DNA of 64,000 bases from the human T2T-CHM13v2.0 reference genome, Homo sapiens, in assembly GCF_009914755.1 (NCBI RefSeq), contig NC_060926.1; one strand, 5' to 3'. Position 1 is the first letter of the stretch. Every line of letters begins with the position of its first letter. The notes under the pieces were generated by a model that was not told the DNA's origin, searched no databases, and saw only the letters and a program-made list of their open reading frames with translations. The position numbers and the translations under genes are program-made. Shown in pieces: positions 1 to 38,750 of this stretch.

Positions 1-91
1 CAATTAGATCCACTTTCAGCAGAAAACATCAGTTGACCCTTTATAAAACAGTCACTGGAAGGCCTATGCCCCTAATAATAGAAACTCATGA

Positions 92-439
<348 letters not shown>

Positions 440-1313
440 CTAAACTTTGATATGGCTAACTGTGGCTTTAATGCATTATGCCAAAGTGCATTTTCACCAG
501 GTAAGGAAGGTTTTCATGATCCACTGACTGAGGACAATTAAATCCTTCATGATCAAGAACATAGAGATTGGGTCTTCTAGAAACAACACACCTTGCCACC
601 CACACTGCAGCAAAACTTTAGGACTTTGAACCTTGGGTCTGTAATCTCACAACTCAGAAGGGCCCCTCCAGACTCTTAGAACTGTATATCTGTTGGAGAC
701 CTCAAGATAAAGCTAACCAGGGAAGTTTCTCACCAGAAGCAGATGGAATCCTAGATGTGGAAAGCTTTCTCAAGATGACAGATCAAGACTTCTTTGCCAT
801 CATGAGACTCTTACCTCTCTTAATTTTTTCCTCGCTTATGCCTTTATGAAGACTAGAACTAGAAAAAGTCTTGTGTGGACCCATGGGGTATACTTTTATT
901 TGTGGAGGATTTCACCGCTAACCTTATGCATGAGCAACCTTATGCCTTGATGGATAGAAGATGAAGGGCCAAAGTGGGTGAGGAATTTTCACGGTACCTT
1001 TGTAGCTCCATAATCAGTCAGAAACAGAACATTGGTCTATTTCTTTTAACCTACATTATAGGTTGAAGCAAACGTTGCCAGGAGGCCTTCACCCTTCTGA
1101 ATGGGCATAATTCGTTAGGTTGCTTTTTCCATGATTTGGGGTAAATGAGGCAATGATTAGAAATTTGTCCCTCATAGTAGACTCTATAGCAGATTCAACT
1201 ATAAACACTATGCTAAAGACTTCTTTAAACTTTTTGCTAAAGTTGTGCTACATAATAGAACTGCTCTAGGCTACTTACTGGCTGAACAGAGAAGAATCTG
1301 TGCAGTTGCTGAC

Positions 1314-1550
<237 letters not shown>

Positions 1551-2412
1551 AATTGCTGACACTTCTTGTTGCACATGGATGAATATGTCAGGTACTATAG
1601 AGATTCATTTGCAGGGGATTAAAAAACTGGCTGCTTGGTCGAAACTCGTAGACCATTTATCAAGCTTATTCTTTAATCTATTTAATTTTAGTTGGTTCAG
1701 TTCATGGGGACCCTGGCTAAGCAGCATACTCCAAACTCTTGGTATTGTCCTTCTGGTAGTCATAATAGTCATCTCCCTGGTGAAATATATCCTCTCAAAA
1801 ATTGTAAATGTTTAATGCAGCCATGCATAGAATGTCAAATGGTCTCTCTTCAACTGGGATGACAAAATCTCAAAGAAATACATAATCATGAGGACACTAT
1901 AACCTATGAAAGACATGTTGAGACCAGAAACCCAAAATGATCATAACTGAGAGTAGCAATTAGCGATGTTTTGGTCACACTCTCACTTAAGTGACAACAT
2001 GATCAAAAGGGGAGAATTGTTCAACAAAATTATGGGAGGCCATTGTTTTGGACTGAACTCATGCACTAGGCCCCAACAGACTAGATTGGATCTAACCAAA
2101 TGGAGTCAACTCATGCTAAATGCAGCACAATCAAACTAAAACTTTAAGGAAGCATATGGATCCCCAAAGAGACCAGATTTTTTTTCTCCAGAAAAGAGGG
2201 GATTATAGTATAATAAGGAAGTCGTCTCTGCTCTACCCTTTACAAAAAGGGAATCTAAATTCCTCGTTTCCACCTTATAAAACACAGTGTTCCACTATTT
2301 CTCAGTGGGATTTGAAACCAAGTAAGTCTATTTGCTATGGTGACAAAGTGACAGCAATACATAAAGTTTGGTCAACCTCTTCATTTTAAGAGGTTGACTA
2401 AAAGGAAGAAAT

Positions 2413-4069
<1,657 letters not shown>

Positions 4070-5094
4070 TCATACTTACTAATATAAACGAATTGAGAAC
4101 CAAATGCTCCATTCGCCTGTCCTGCTGCTCTGGAGATATCACCTCTCCCCTACTGCTTTTGAGGCCCAGGTTTTCAGTTATTCCCAGTCTTCTTTGTCCT
4201 GTCGTCCTTGCCTTCCCTCAAGCACTCATGACCAAAGAATAAGTAGGCCAAATAGATAACGTTCTTTAAAAAGAGTACAGAGTTCCTGACCTATTCATCT
4301 CCACTTTCCAAATACCTTTTGGCTTCAGCTTATCTCATTTTTGCAGCTTTAGCACCGAATGAAAACTGTGCATGAAGGAGCAGGCAGGTTCTCGCTTTGT
4401 GAAGCGTCTCCTTGTGCCTCGAGCTGGGGGAAGGGCTAGAATTGCAGTAACAGCAAGAGCACCCAAGAAATCGGTCTCAGTTTCCTTCCCCATTTTCAGA
4501 GGACAGTGGAGATCTCAAACAAAGCCAGCTAGGCACAGATTTCTTTAGAGCTTTGGGTTCTTTCCTCTACCAAACATTTTAAATTGTCATGTAAATTATA
4601 CATTTGTCAGCTTTATCCTTTATGGCTTTTGGTTTTTCAGTCTTGCTTGGAAAGAAGTTTCCTAATCCCAAGACTTAGTTCTTCTTTATTTATTTCTGGT
4701 ACTTTCATGTTGCTTAACTCTTCAATCCATTTGAAATTTATTCTGGGACTCTCCCCCAAATTAATGGCTTAATCCCTCTAATAGCATTTCTCCACTTCTT
4801 TGAAATGCCCCCTTTAAGAAGAAAATATTCTTCTATTCCCATAGTTGTTTCTGAATTGGATTCTGTTCCATTGATTTATTCCACTGATTCAGGGTCAGCA
4901 CCACATTGTTTTTATTCTTATAGCTTCAAGGTATCTTTTGATATCTAAAAGGACATCCTCTTGTTTTTCTGATTTTCCAAATTTTTCTTGGTTGTTTTAT
5001 ACTTTAGTTTTGCAACCTAGAGCAAGTTATATAAGTCTGTGTCTATTTTCTCACCTGAAAAGGTTAAGATTGTGGGCTCTGCAGCCATATTGTC

Positions 5095-5580
5095 TGGGTA
5101 CAAGTAAGGGTCCACCCAGGGAAACAGAGTCTTCTAGGTCTCTCTGGCAGAAGGAATTTAATACAGGGAATTGGCAGCACTGGAAATGGAAGGACTGAGA
5201 AGTCTAATGGAAGCACAAGACGCTACTATACAGGGAGTTACGTAGGAGGAGGTAGTGCAGCTAGAGCCCAGAGTGGGGGCCATCTGGTGGGATCTGAAAC
5301 CCCATAGAGGCTGCCTGATGGGAGCTGAGATCATGGAGGGAGGGCCTGTAGAGTAGATGTGAGAGCCACCTAAGGACATAACTGTTGCCAGAGACACTAC
5401 AGGAAGAAGAGAAAGAGAGAGAGATACCTTGGCTTCTCTCCACCTCCTCCCTCTCTCCCAGCTTTCCATTGGCTGAACCAACCTGGAAGCCAGAGAGCAA
5501 GGGAGCCTGGGAAACGCAGTTCTCTGTGATATAGCACAAAGGCTCAGAAAGGCAGAGAATTACTCCGAGAGGAAAAGGCA
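5095..5580 (-). mobile_element. ERVL LTR33-like solo LTR
   Basis: GAAGGAATTTAATACAGGGAATTGG and GGAAGCCAGAGAGCAAGGGAGCC; the latter is the reverse complement of a motif in the element at 17515-17947. Confidence 0.55.
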
Positions 5581-5594
5581 GTTGACCACAGCCG

Positions 5595-5775
5595 TTTATT
5601 AGTTGTGTGACCTTGAGGAAGTTAGTTAACCTCAGTTGCCTTAGCTTCCTCCTCCAAAAAGTGGAGATGAATAATAGTAGTACTTTCCTCACAAGGCCAC
5701 TGCGAGGATTAAATGCATTAGTACGTGTTACATATTTTGTATTATTTAACTTAGTAAGTGTTATTTATTATTATT
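5595..5775 (+). mobile_element. MIR
   Basis: TGTGTGACCTTGAGGAAGTTAGTTAACCTC...GAGGATTAAATG core. Confidence 0.75.
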
Positions 5776-5828
5776 GTATAAAATGAAGATAGCAATACCT
5801 ATCTTGCAGAGTACTATAAGATGTTTGC

Positions 5829-6443
<615 letters not shown>

Positions 6444-8513
6444 GGTTTGCACCGTGTTGTGCACATAGTACTGGGTACTTCATAAATGTTAGTCCCCCTT
6501 GTAGCCCAGTGTGCTCACTAATATCTGTAGCCGATAATAACAATGGCTTTGACCTGGGGAGGAAGCAGCCTCCCCAGAGTAGGGAGGGACATTCTTCTTG
6601 CATTACCAGAGATCTAGGAGGACTCTGGAGGGCTGGGACTTCAGTAGTCCAGGCAGTGCACACCCCTACATCAGCCAATATGAACACACAGAGATGCATT
6701 TGGAGTAACATCTGCATTCTTTTCTGGACCTTCTCTTCTTGATCCCATTGGTGTCCCTTCTTTGATTTTAGCCTGATTTTTTTTTTTTTTTTTTTGGCTC
6801 ATGCTGATAATTATCTGTTTTTGCACTCACATACATGCTGCCAACGTTCATGAGCATACAACTTCCTGTGCGCATTAAATACTTTACCACTTATTGCCCC
6901 AACTGATCCTCCCAACAAACCCCCTGATGCAGCCAGGGAAGCTTCACTATCCCCATTGAGCAGTAGCAGAAGCCAACACTTTGAGAGGACACGTGTCTGA
7001 CCCAAAGGCCCACAGGGAGTAGGCTAAGTAGTCAGGACTTGGGACAAGGCCTTCTCACTCTAGCTCAGGACTCTTCCTGCTAATATCCCAGGCTGCCTCC
7101 ACAGCATGTGTGAGTTAATGCACACACACACACTCACACTCACACTAATACACCCACCCCTAAACACACACATAATAGATTCAATATCTCTGAAGGAAGG
7201 GTTCATGCCTTATCAATTTCCTGCTACAGATAAACTACCTGGCAGCTGAAATATAATAAATGATTGTGGAATTGAGTTGACATTGACTGCTACACTGCAC
7301 CCCCTTGGGGGACTAACAGGGAGCACACAGATGAGGACCACAGCCAGAGCCAGAGCCAGAGTCCAAGTCCATCTTGACAACTCAGAGAAGACTTTGGCCC
7401 TTGCTTCTGGCTCTGTCCACGCCCTTCGTAGCACCCACGGAGCAGAGGGGCCTGGTCACAGGGAGAGGCTGAGATGCCCAGAGAAATGGATCTGGCCACC
7501 TGAGCTGAGGCTTCTCTGAAGGTGAGTCTTCACCGACCCCGCCCTAGTAGTGGTGAATCGCGTGCCCTGCCCTGTTCTCTGCTGCCCCTGAGCAGTGTCT
7601 GAACCAGGGGCGCCTTTTAACGCCACAGATTCTGCCTCAGGGCGTGGAACACCTTCTTCTAGAGGGGCGCGTGAGAACTCTGGTAGGCAGGAGCTTGCTC
7701 TGAAACTACTGTGCTAGTCAACCAATTGCCTCAGCTGGCCACCCAGGGCCTGGCATCCACACTGGTCCCTGGCAAGCCGTTCTGCACAGAGGTTTTCACA
7801 CACGTGGGTACGGAGCACTGGCAGGAAGTACGAGACATTAGAAATTAGAAGCCCAAGCTAATAACACAGATCACCATCGGGGCTTCACTTTTTGCCAGCC
7901 ACTTCTACGTAAATATATCTGGTTCTACCCTTCACTCAGCCAAGGCATGGGCGCTACTGGCCTCTGACTCAGCGCTCTTCATTGGCCTCAGCTGTTAAAC
8001 TTGCTCCCTTCTGATATTTTGCAGATGCTAAGCACTCAACTGGTTTGTTGTGGCTTTGCATCGTGCTCTTTCTCATAATCCTGAGATGAGAGGCCACTAT
8101 GTCCTCTGGGTCTGCGGGACTTCTGGGGCAAGGGTGCGGGGCAGGCCCAGCACAGGTGTCCAGGGAGCTGCCCACACTGCCGCTGTGTGCTCTTGGGAGT
8201 CCTGTTGGCTGTTCCATTCTCCTCTCTGCCCACAGAGGTCACAGTGCCCTTGCGAGTAAGCAGGAGAAGGCAGAGTCATGAATTAGCAACTGGAAAGGAT
8301 AAATGCCAAAGGCCTTGCTATGAAATCGAGGACCCCGCACCAGCTGCCCCGAGGTCCCTCTGGCTCATTTCCTCCTGTTCTCTCCTCACGTCACTCCTCA
8401 TTTTTCCTGGAACATGCCAGGCCCACTCCTGCCCCAGGGCCTTTGCATCACATGCCATCCAGATAACCTGGTGCTCCCTTCCGGATTCCTGCTTAGCTTT
8501 TTGTTCTAATGTC

Positions 8514-9510
8514 TTTTTTCTTTTTATTTTTTATTTTTATTTTTTTGAATCGTGGTCTTGCTTTGTCACCCAAGCGAGGCTGCAGTGGTGTGATCATGGC
8601 TCACTGTGGCTTTGAATTCCTGACCTCAAGTGATCCTCCAGCCTTAGCCTACCAAAAGCTGGGATTACAGGCATATGCCACGGTGCCCAGCCCTAATGTT
8701 ACTTACTCATTGAGGCCTTCCTTAGCTGCTGTCTCTACAATTGCAAGCCCCCACCCCTCCCCACCCCCCACCATCTGCTTTTTCCTTGGTGCCTCTCACC
8801 GTCTATCTTATCTCGTTAATGTTTGGTCTCCCCACCTCAGTGTTTTCATCTGTTTGCCTGCTGCTGCATCACCAGAACTGCAACAGTGCCTGACACATAG
8901 CATGTGCTCAGTGATATCTGTTATATGCATGAATGAGTGGGGCTGGACTGTGAGCTGATGAGGTTCTTGCCATGGCTAACTCCAGGCAGTCATGTCATTT
9001 GGCCCAGTTCCACTCCCTTCTGGGCCTGACTCAATTCATCTGGGTAATGAGGAGGGCACAGGAGCTGCTGCGTAAGCTGCCCTCCAGCAGTAATAATTGA
9101 TGAGTCCAGGCAGTATCCACTTACCACGCCAAAGAGGTCCAAGCAGCAGGCAACAGGGGAAGGGAGGCAGGAAGCAGCTGCCAGGATGACTAATTGGGAT
9201 CTCATGTCATTGGCTCCACGTGCCAATCCTTACAGACCTCAGCAAAGCTCAGGACTATTAGCTCCTGAGACTCATGCAGTCTCCTGGTCTGACCTGTCCC
9301 TCAGTGACACTCGAAAAATAACTCAGCCAGGCGTGATGGCACACGTCTCTATTTCCAGTTACTTGGGAGGCTGAGGTGGGAAGATCACTTATGCCCAGGA
9401 GGTTGAGGCTGCAGTGAGCCCTGATCACTCTGCTGCATTCCAGCCTGGGCAACAGAGCAAGATTCTGACTCAAAAAAAAGAAGAAAAAGAAAGAAAAAGA
9501 AAAAATAACT
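8514..9510. mobile_element. Two Alu monomers/fragments
   Basis: 8514-8693(-), ~9320-9510(+). Confidence 0.8.
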
Positions 9511-11829
9511 AATAACTTCATCTTACAGTGGTGACACGGAGACCTGGAGCAGGAATACAGAGATGTGCCAAACTTTGTACAGAAATTTTGCAAAACTAGA
9601 TTCAGCTCTCATTCCACAAATACCAGGACCTCCCCTGCACCAGGCACTGTTCTAGGCAAGGACAGAGCAATGAAGAGGGGAAGCTCCTCACCTGTGTTTC
9701 CTCGTGAGGCCTGAAGCGCCTGCTTTCCCTTCCACCTCCTGCTCTCCAGCCTCTTAAGTCCCCTCACTCTGTGGTCAATCTAATTGGATAGAACCCTTTC
9801 ATCTCAAAACCAAAACAACAGCGACCCATGCACACTCCTAGTAGACCAATGGGACTGTAGCACTGATTTCACCATATGCCCCTCCTGCATCCCAGGGACG
9901 TCAACTCTGCACTTCAGTCCAGCTTTCAGGAAACTCCAAATCTCTCCCCCATTCCCACCTCTTCCTGTCTATGGTCCCACTGTGAGCCGATAGAGTTCTC
10001 ACCACGGCTGACACCAGGCAGCCATGTGGTTGGGGCCAGTCCCATTCCCTTCTGGGCCTGATTCAGTTCATCTGGCTAATGAGGAGGGCACATGAGCCTT
10101 CTGTGCCTGTTGGGCCGGCTGCCTCAGTGACCACTGCCAATTGTGTGTTCCCCTTATTCAGCACCTTCATACCTTCTTCCGGTTTTGCCCATCTGAGCTG
10201 AATCAATTCCTCCATCTTCACAGGGAGGTAGCCTTCTCTCAGTCCCCAAACCCTTGATAAGGGAACGCACCACCACCTCGCAGGCCTGCCTGACTTGAGT
10301 GCATCACAGTTCTCCACCTAATTATTTGTTGTCCCGGATTGTTTCATGTATGTATGTCTGATCTCTCCATAAGACTGTAAACTTACTGAGGGCAGAGATG
10401 ACGCTTACCTTTCCATATCCTACATGCTTTAGCCTGGTGCCTACTCACTGGGCAATCCATCAGTGATGAGTTTACCTGGATTTACTAATTCGTGATATTT
10501 ACAAAGAATACATTTGGGAAAATGTGTATTTGTTTACAGATGTTAAAAGGAAAACGTAAAATACAAGATTGTATGTACAGCTTGATAATCACAGTGTCAA
10601 TTACGTGTTCATATGGGTAAAACTGGAAGGCAATTGGTAAAAATAAAGAGTAGTGTGAGGGCTGTTAGATTATGAGTGATTTGTTTAAATAATCTGTGAA
10701 TATTGTTACTGCACTGTTTATGCATTTGAAAAGCCTTTTTTTTTTATCCTAACCAGTAGACCACCAGGGATAAAATGATTTTTAAAAATACATAGAGGGC
10801 TTTAAGAGTCATTGAAACATTCCACTCTTGGATGTAAGCTCATTAAGTCTTTCTTAGTCAGCAACTACTAGGGAATGGGAACAGGGTGGGTGGGGGGCTT
10901 GGCAGTCTTTTAGAGACTTTACTCACGGAATATTTATACACAAATAGCTGAGCAAAGGAGGAAAACTTCTCAAAGTTGATTTTTTTGCCTGCAAACGTTA
11001 ATTCCGTGGGGAAAGGACAGAAAGATAAACAGTTTAAAATAACCAAATGAAATCATGTGAGCTTGTAAAGATTTTTTTTCTCTCTCTCTCAACAAGGATG
11101 GGATGTCCATGAAGTCCTCTCGGAGCTTCCCGGATTTTTTGTGCTCTGAAGCTCCAGCAGTGGGGAGCGGGGCTGAGAGAGGGAGATGGGTGATGTGGCG
11201 CCCATCCCTCCAGGCAAGGACTGCCCTGGCACAGCTTTCCTCTTGATTCCCTAACCGCTCTTTACATGTTTATTTTATCTCTATCAGACTATGGGCTCTC
11301 ACAGATGAAGACCATACTCTTCCTGCAAAACACTCGGTCCCACAGCACATGTAATATCTAAGAGGAACCTGAGAGGTCACTGGTCTAATCCCCTCATCAG
11401 ACAAAAGAGGACCAGACTCAGAGAGAGAGGCACGTGCCATAGCGACACAGCCAGTTTCTTTGGAGGCCTGGTCTCAGCTCTGGACTGCTCAAGCCTATCC
11501 TTGACAGTGGCACTGCTCAGCCTGGACATTTAGAGTGTCCTTCTGATACAAATGTATTGAGTCTCTGCCCCTGAGCTAGAAAGATGGCAAAACAAAGATA
11601 AGAAAAGGCCAAAAAACCAAGCTCCCTAACATTAAGGATATTATAATTCAGAGGGAAAGATAGGGCACTCTCACAGACAACTAGAATACAAGCAGAAAGT
11701 GAGGATGAGTTGCAAGAGGCATACACCTAGTTGGGAAAGAGCCTGCTGGGGAGATGGACCAAAAAGGGCTCCACTGGGATTAAGCCAGCCCTTGAATGGG
11801 GATCAAAATAATGCAAATGAAGTCAGAGG

Positions 11830-14185
<2,356 letters not shown>

Positions 14186-14187
14186 CA

Positions 14188-14959
<772 letters not shown>

Positions 14960-16029
14960 AACTCTGTGCCTCTTTGATCAATTCCAGTGGTACCAGGTAA
15001 ACTGCTTATGAGTGAAATTTAGAAAAACCTCCCCCAGCAGTGGGGGAAAATGCACAGTGCATAAGGCCTTATTTGGGTGAGGAGTTGGGGGAGTGAATGT
15101 ATTAACCTTGTAGTGAAGTCACCTTAGATTCTAGTAGTTATGCTTCTTTCAGGAATATGACCACTCAGACCATAAAAGCTGGATGTGACCATGGTTTCAT
15201 TTCTTTGGAAATGATTCTGCCAGAACAGGAACTGAGAATTTTTTCTCTGTGACCTCTGGGTGAGTTTGTGTTCCATGAGAACATTGGGCTTTGCATTTCT
15301 CAGTACACTGCTCTCATAGCTCTTGGGTTTGGAAGAGGTCACTGTCATCAAACTTTTTATGACTTTAGCCCTCAGAGAACCAAGGATAAAGGTGAATAAA
15401 GAACGCATCCAAGGTAGAAAGCTCCAACACCCCCGAGATGTTTACTTTCTATAAAACCTGGAGTCTCATGCCAGAGGGATTATATAAAAATAAAGCCAGG
15501 GTAGCCAAGTGCAAACCGTAGAGTTATCAACAGTGCTGTGAGATGAAGTCTTTTGTTCAAGGTCCTTTAATTGCCAGATGCAAAAGATAGTAAAATGGAT
15601 TCTTTTATTCTTGAAACTTTGCCAGCCTCGTGGCTAATGCCCACTACAGCTGCATTAAAGGCTCTGAGGATCTCTGCCAAGATGTGATGATGGCCAAGAA
15701 CCAGTGATGACTTCAGGGGACCTTTCTCAACCTGCCAGCCCTGCCATCTTGGCCTAGCCCACAGGCCACTGCCTGACCCAGTCTGATTTATAGCTCCCAT
15801 GGGATCGCTGTCAAAAAAGGATCCTATGGGATCCTTCCATAGAGGCTAATATTCACAGAACGCTTTAGAAAACGAGCTTAAAGTTTAATGTTGAGGGATG
15901 TTGTGGGCCAAAGGGTGGTCCTGAAGGGAACTTCTCTGAAATTCTGTGCTAGGAGCTAGGACTCAGGCACAGTGTTATGTGTCTCAGGCACAGTGTTATG
16001 GAAAGAGCATAGGATCAAGGGACAAGAAG

Positions 16030-17947
<1,918 letters not shown>

Positions 17948-18011
17948 GCCACCAATGAGTCCAGTGACCCTGGTCACACCACTTAGGCCCCGTGGCTTTG
18001 GTTTCTTCATC

Positions 18012-23832
<5,821 letters not shown>

Positions 23833-24279
23833 TGATTTTTAAAGGCAAGCTATAATAAGGAAATTAATTTTTTAAAATTCCAATTTCACTTAGTTGAGGA
23901 AATATTAAAACCTTTATTAGCTTGAAAAGAAAATAAGTGGATTAGTAAAAAACACTGCTTGTTTCCAGATACCTGTTTAGTTTTCACTGGGATGTTTTGG
24001 CTTTGGGTCAACAGAGTTTGCTCTTGTCTGTATGGCTCTGAGTGGTGCCTGTGAGATGGAGAGAACACCACAGAGGAGATCCCCCTAATCACCTAGGCCA
24101 AGTTGTCACCTTTTGCTCCCAGAAGTGTGGCCACTGTGGTACAAGCTGACAAGCTTCTCCCTGGCCCTGCCTCAGAGTCCCTTTCCAACAGGTCTAATAG
24201 ACCCCAAAGATGAATGCAGCAGGGCCTGAGGCTTGGGACTACATGGGAAGGTGGAGAACTCCTCCGGAAAATCAATCGA

Positions 24280-26580
<2,301 letters not shown>

Positions 26581-26602
26581 CACTGGGATACGTACTTTAG
26601 AG

Positions 26603-27465
<863 letters not shown>

Positions 27466-27479
27466 CTTTAGAGAGTAGT

Positions 27480-27730
27480 AAGAGCAGATGTTTGTTGCAT
27501 GGCAGGCCATATTCTAAGCATTTTACATATTCCATACAACATGTAGGAATTCACTGGATCCTCACCGTGCAACAATCCTAATGAGGTAGGTGTTATCATG
27601 ATCCCCATTTCACAGAAGAGGAAATTGATAGGCACAGAGGGGTCGAGTGACCATCCATAAGGTCACACAGCTTGTAAGTGCTGAACCAGGATTCAAAGCC
27701 TGACACACTGGTGTTCCTGACCACCACACT
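27480..27730 (-). mobile_element. MIR
   Basis: ATCCCCATTTCACAGAAGAGGAAATTGA...AAGGTCACACAGC...GGATTCAAA. Confidence 0.75.
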
Positions 27731-29546
27731 CTGCTGCCCCTCATGCTTCCCTGAGAAGGTGACACTCTGGCTGAGACCTGAGCGATGAACACCAGTCAGG
27801 CAGCAATAGAGGAAGGAGATGGATGAAAGTTCAGGCAGATGGGGATGGATGAAAGGTCACCTGAAGGTCATACAAGGAACTAAAATAAACATTTAGCTGC
27901 ACAGAGTGTGAAAGATCCATCCAGCTGAGAACAGTCCTCCTTCGTTTCTTTCTTTTGGACCTTGGCTGAGAAGGGCAGTGCAGGGATGAGGCGAGGTTTG
28001 GGGGAGGTGGTTCGAGCTCTGTGATCATTTTCTCTGGGTGAGAGGCAGACCTCGGTGCCAGGATCTGAGGGCTTCTAAAGGCCCTGGCAACAGCTACCAG
28101 GGCTCCTGAGAAAGTCCCCAGGCATCCAGGACCCTGCAGGCTTGGCAGCCCCTCAATCCCCTCTTGGCCTTGTTTCCCAAAGGACCCAACATCAATCAGG
28201 CACAAGAGCCTAAAACACGACCTAGCAAACAGCTGGCAAACTATTTTTAAAATCCAATTTAAAGTTGTATATGTATAAGCTCCAGTGGATTTCTCTGGGG
28301 AATTCTATCTTTCAAGTGGAAATTTTTTTTTAAGTCAAATAAGGTAATCTCTATTTTGATTCCCATCAAACCCCAGTGCGGGGCCCTGCAGCCAACGGTA
28401 AGTGCTAATCCACTTTAAGCACAAGCAACTCAGAGCTTGGGAGTCAGCGAGCCTCCAGGATCCACAGAGAAAGGTCAGGACTGCTGATATTTATCGTGTT
28501 AACGCTGTTAGTGTGTGTTTGGCTCTGTCCAGCACAGGAAAAGAAAGAAAAGACATGAATTTTGCCTGCTGGAGTGGAGAAGAGCCAGGCTTCTGGGATC
28601 TGCCCATGAGTTGTGCAGCTCCCTAAACCTTAGATTCCCTCTAGCCCTCTTCCAAAAACATAAATGTATAAATAGAGGAACCAAAAGAGACAAGAGCAGA
28701 GAGCAGGGTTCTGAGGCAGGAAATGGAGCAGAGAGAGCGAGAGGCAGGGCAGAGGGATGGGGAGGCAGCAGGCCCAGCACTCCACAGCCTTCTAGGCTAA
28801 GCTCAGCCACTGCCTTTTTTGTGATTCTGCAGCCACCAAGCTTAGGCCTCAGGCGCTGATGGAGAGATAAAGCATCCATCGTGTGACAGGGCCAGCAGCA
28901 CAGTGTACCCTGCAAGGTCGGCAGCTCTTTGCTTCTCCCAACAAACACCTTTTTCTGCATTCAGCCACCCAGATTTATTTGTCTCGGCTTTTCATCTTTC
29001 TGAGATCTAAAGTTACAAATTGGACAGACAGAGCTAGAGAAGGATTTCTCCTGCATTTTCTTCCCTACAGTGTGCTCTGCAAATGTCATTGCTCCTGCCT
29101 CACGGTTTTTGTCTAAACACAAACAAAACACAAACTTTAGGGTAATCTAAACGGACCCTTGGCTACCTAGGGGGTCGGATCTGCCGTGGCTACCCTTTCC
29201 CCCACCCTGCCCCCACCAGAGGCATGTTCCAAGCAGGCCAAGGTATTGAGACATTGGGAGGAGAGAGCAATGCTGGACAGACATCCTGGGGTGGAGGGGA
29301 GAGGGTCCCAGAGTGAAGGGAGAGAACTGGAAGGAAGCTCCCGACAGAAATGCTTTGTAATTTGCCTACTGTGGAGGGGCCCACAGAGGTTACAGGAGGC
29401 TGCTTTCAAGAAGGAAGGCAGTTCCACTGGGAGGGGAGAAGGGCAGGGAGCCCTACCTGCCCCTTCTGTCTGCAGTCATGATGTATGTGACCATAGTTTC
29501 ACCAGGAAGTTCATGTTCAAGTCTAACCATTTAAAAAGCCATTCTT

Positions 29547-37540
<7,994 letters not shown>

Positions 37541-37859
37541 CTAGCAAGGATTCTTAACTTGCAATATATGGTTAAGTTTCAGAAATTATACATAAAATGT
37601 TTGTCCATGTGTGTGTGTGATTTCTAGGGAGATCCATAGATTTTGTCAGATATTTAAAAAGTTTCAAGTCACTGGGGTACAGGGGGCCGGCACTTCACTA
37701 CAGCAGTGGACCATGTGTAGTATATTTGCAGGTTTTGAGCAATTTTATCAACCAGGTACTTGTCCAGCAAGGGTCACTGTCTGTGCAGCTACCGGACCAC
37801 CTGCAAGGAGAGCAGATGACAGCATTCCCACGTATCTCCTGCCCCTAGAGTAAAGGTGA

Positions 37860-38750
37860 AGATCCATACAGACCACAGTCATGGTACCACCTCCTCTTTA
37901 GGTCTGATTAATTTGCTAGAGTGTGCCGGGCACGGTGGCTCATACCTGTAATCCCAGCACTTTGGGAGGCGGAGGTGGGCAGATTACCTGAGGTCAGGAA
38001 TTCAAGACCAGCCTGGCCAACATGGCAAAACCCGGTCTCTACTAAAAATACAAAAATTAGCAGGGCATGGTGGCAGGCGCCTATAATCCCAGCTACTCGT
38101 AGGCTGAGGCAGCAGAATCACTTGAACTCAGGGGTGGAGGCTGCAGTGAGCTGAGATCTCGCCACTTCACTCCAGCCTGGGTGGAAGAGCAAAACTCTGT
38201 CTCAAAAAAAAAAAATTTTTTTTTTCCGCTAGAGTGGCTCATAGAACTTAGGGAAGCACTTGCTCATTTTTACTGGTTATTTTAAAGGATACAAACAAAC
38301 AGCCAGATGAAGAGATACATAGGGTGAGGTCTGGGAGGGTCCCAAGTGTAGGAGCTTCTGTTACCATGGAGTTGGGGTGTGCCACCCTCCTGGCACGTGG
38401 ATGAGTTCTTATTCACTTTCCTGTCAGCCTCCACCTGTTCAGCTCTCCAGAAACTCTCTGAACCCAGTCCTCTCAGCATTCTTTGTCCCAGGGTATGGGG
38501 TAGGACCCTCTCTGGAATGAGGGTCTTATGACCCATGATCAGAAGGGCAGGGCAAGATTAGAGTCCTGCCTTGGGGCAGGTGAAAGAGAAGCAGGAAAAA
38601 GTCAGAGAGATTCTGTTTCCTGAGGCCTGCTCCTGAGTCCTAACACTCTCAACATTATAACGAAACACTGTATAACAAGGGCTATGGGAGTTATGAGCCA
38701 GGAACCATGGATAAAAACATATATAAATTCACACATATATTAACATCACA
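37860..38750 (-). mobile_element. MER21-like LTR with nested Alu (37925-38214, +)
   Basis: TTAATTTGCTAGAGTG...ACAGCCAGATGAAGAGATACATAGGG...GAGCCAGGAACCATGG...AACATCACA. Confidence 0.7.

Noticed and set aside
15124-15408. 94-aa non-repeat ORF on -
   Set aside because: No recognisable homology, splice context or promoter
15817-15836. AAGGATCC-TATG-GGATCCTT hairpin
   Set aside because: An 8-bp stem is expected by chance in 64 kb; no supporting context
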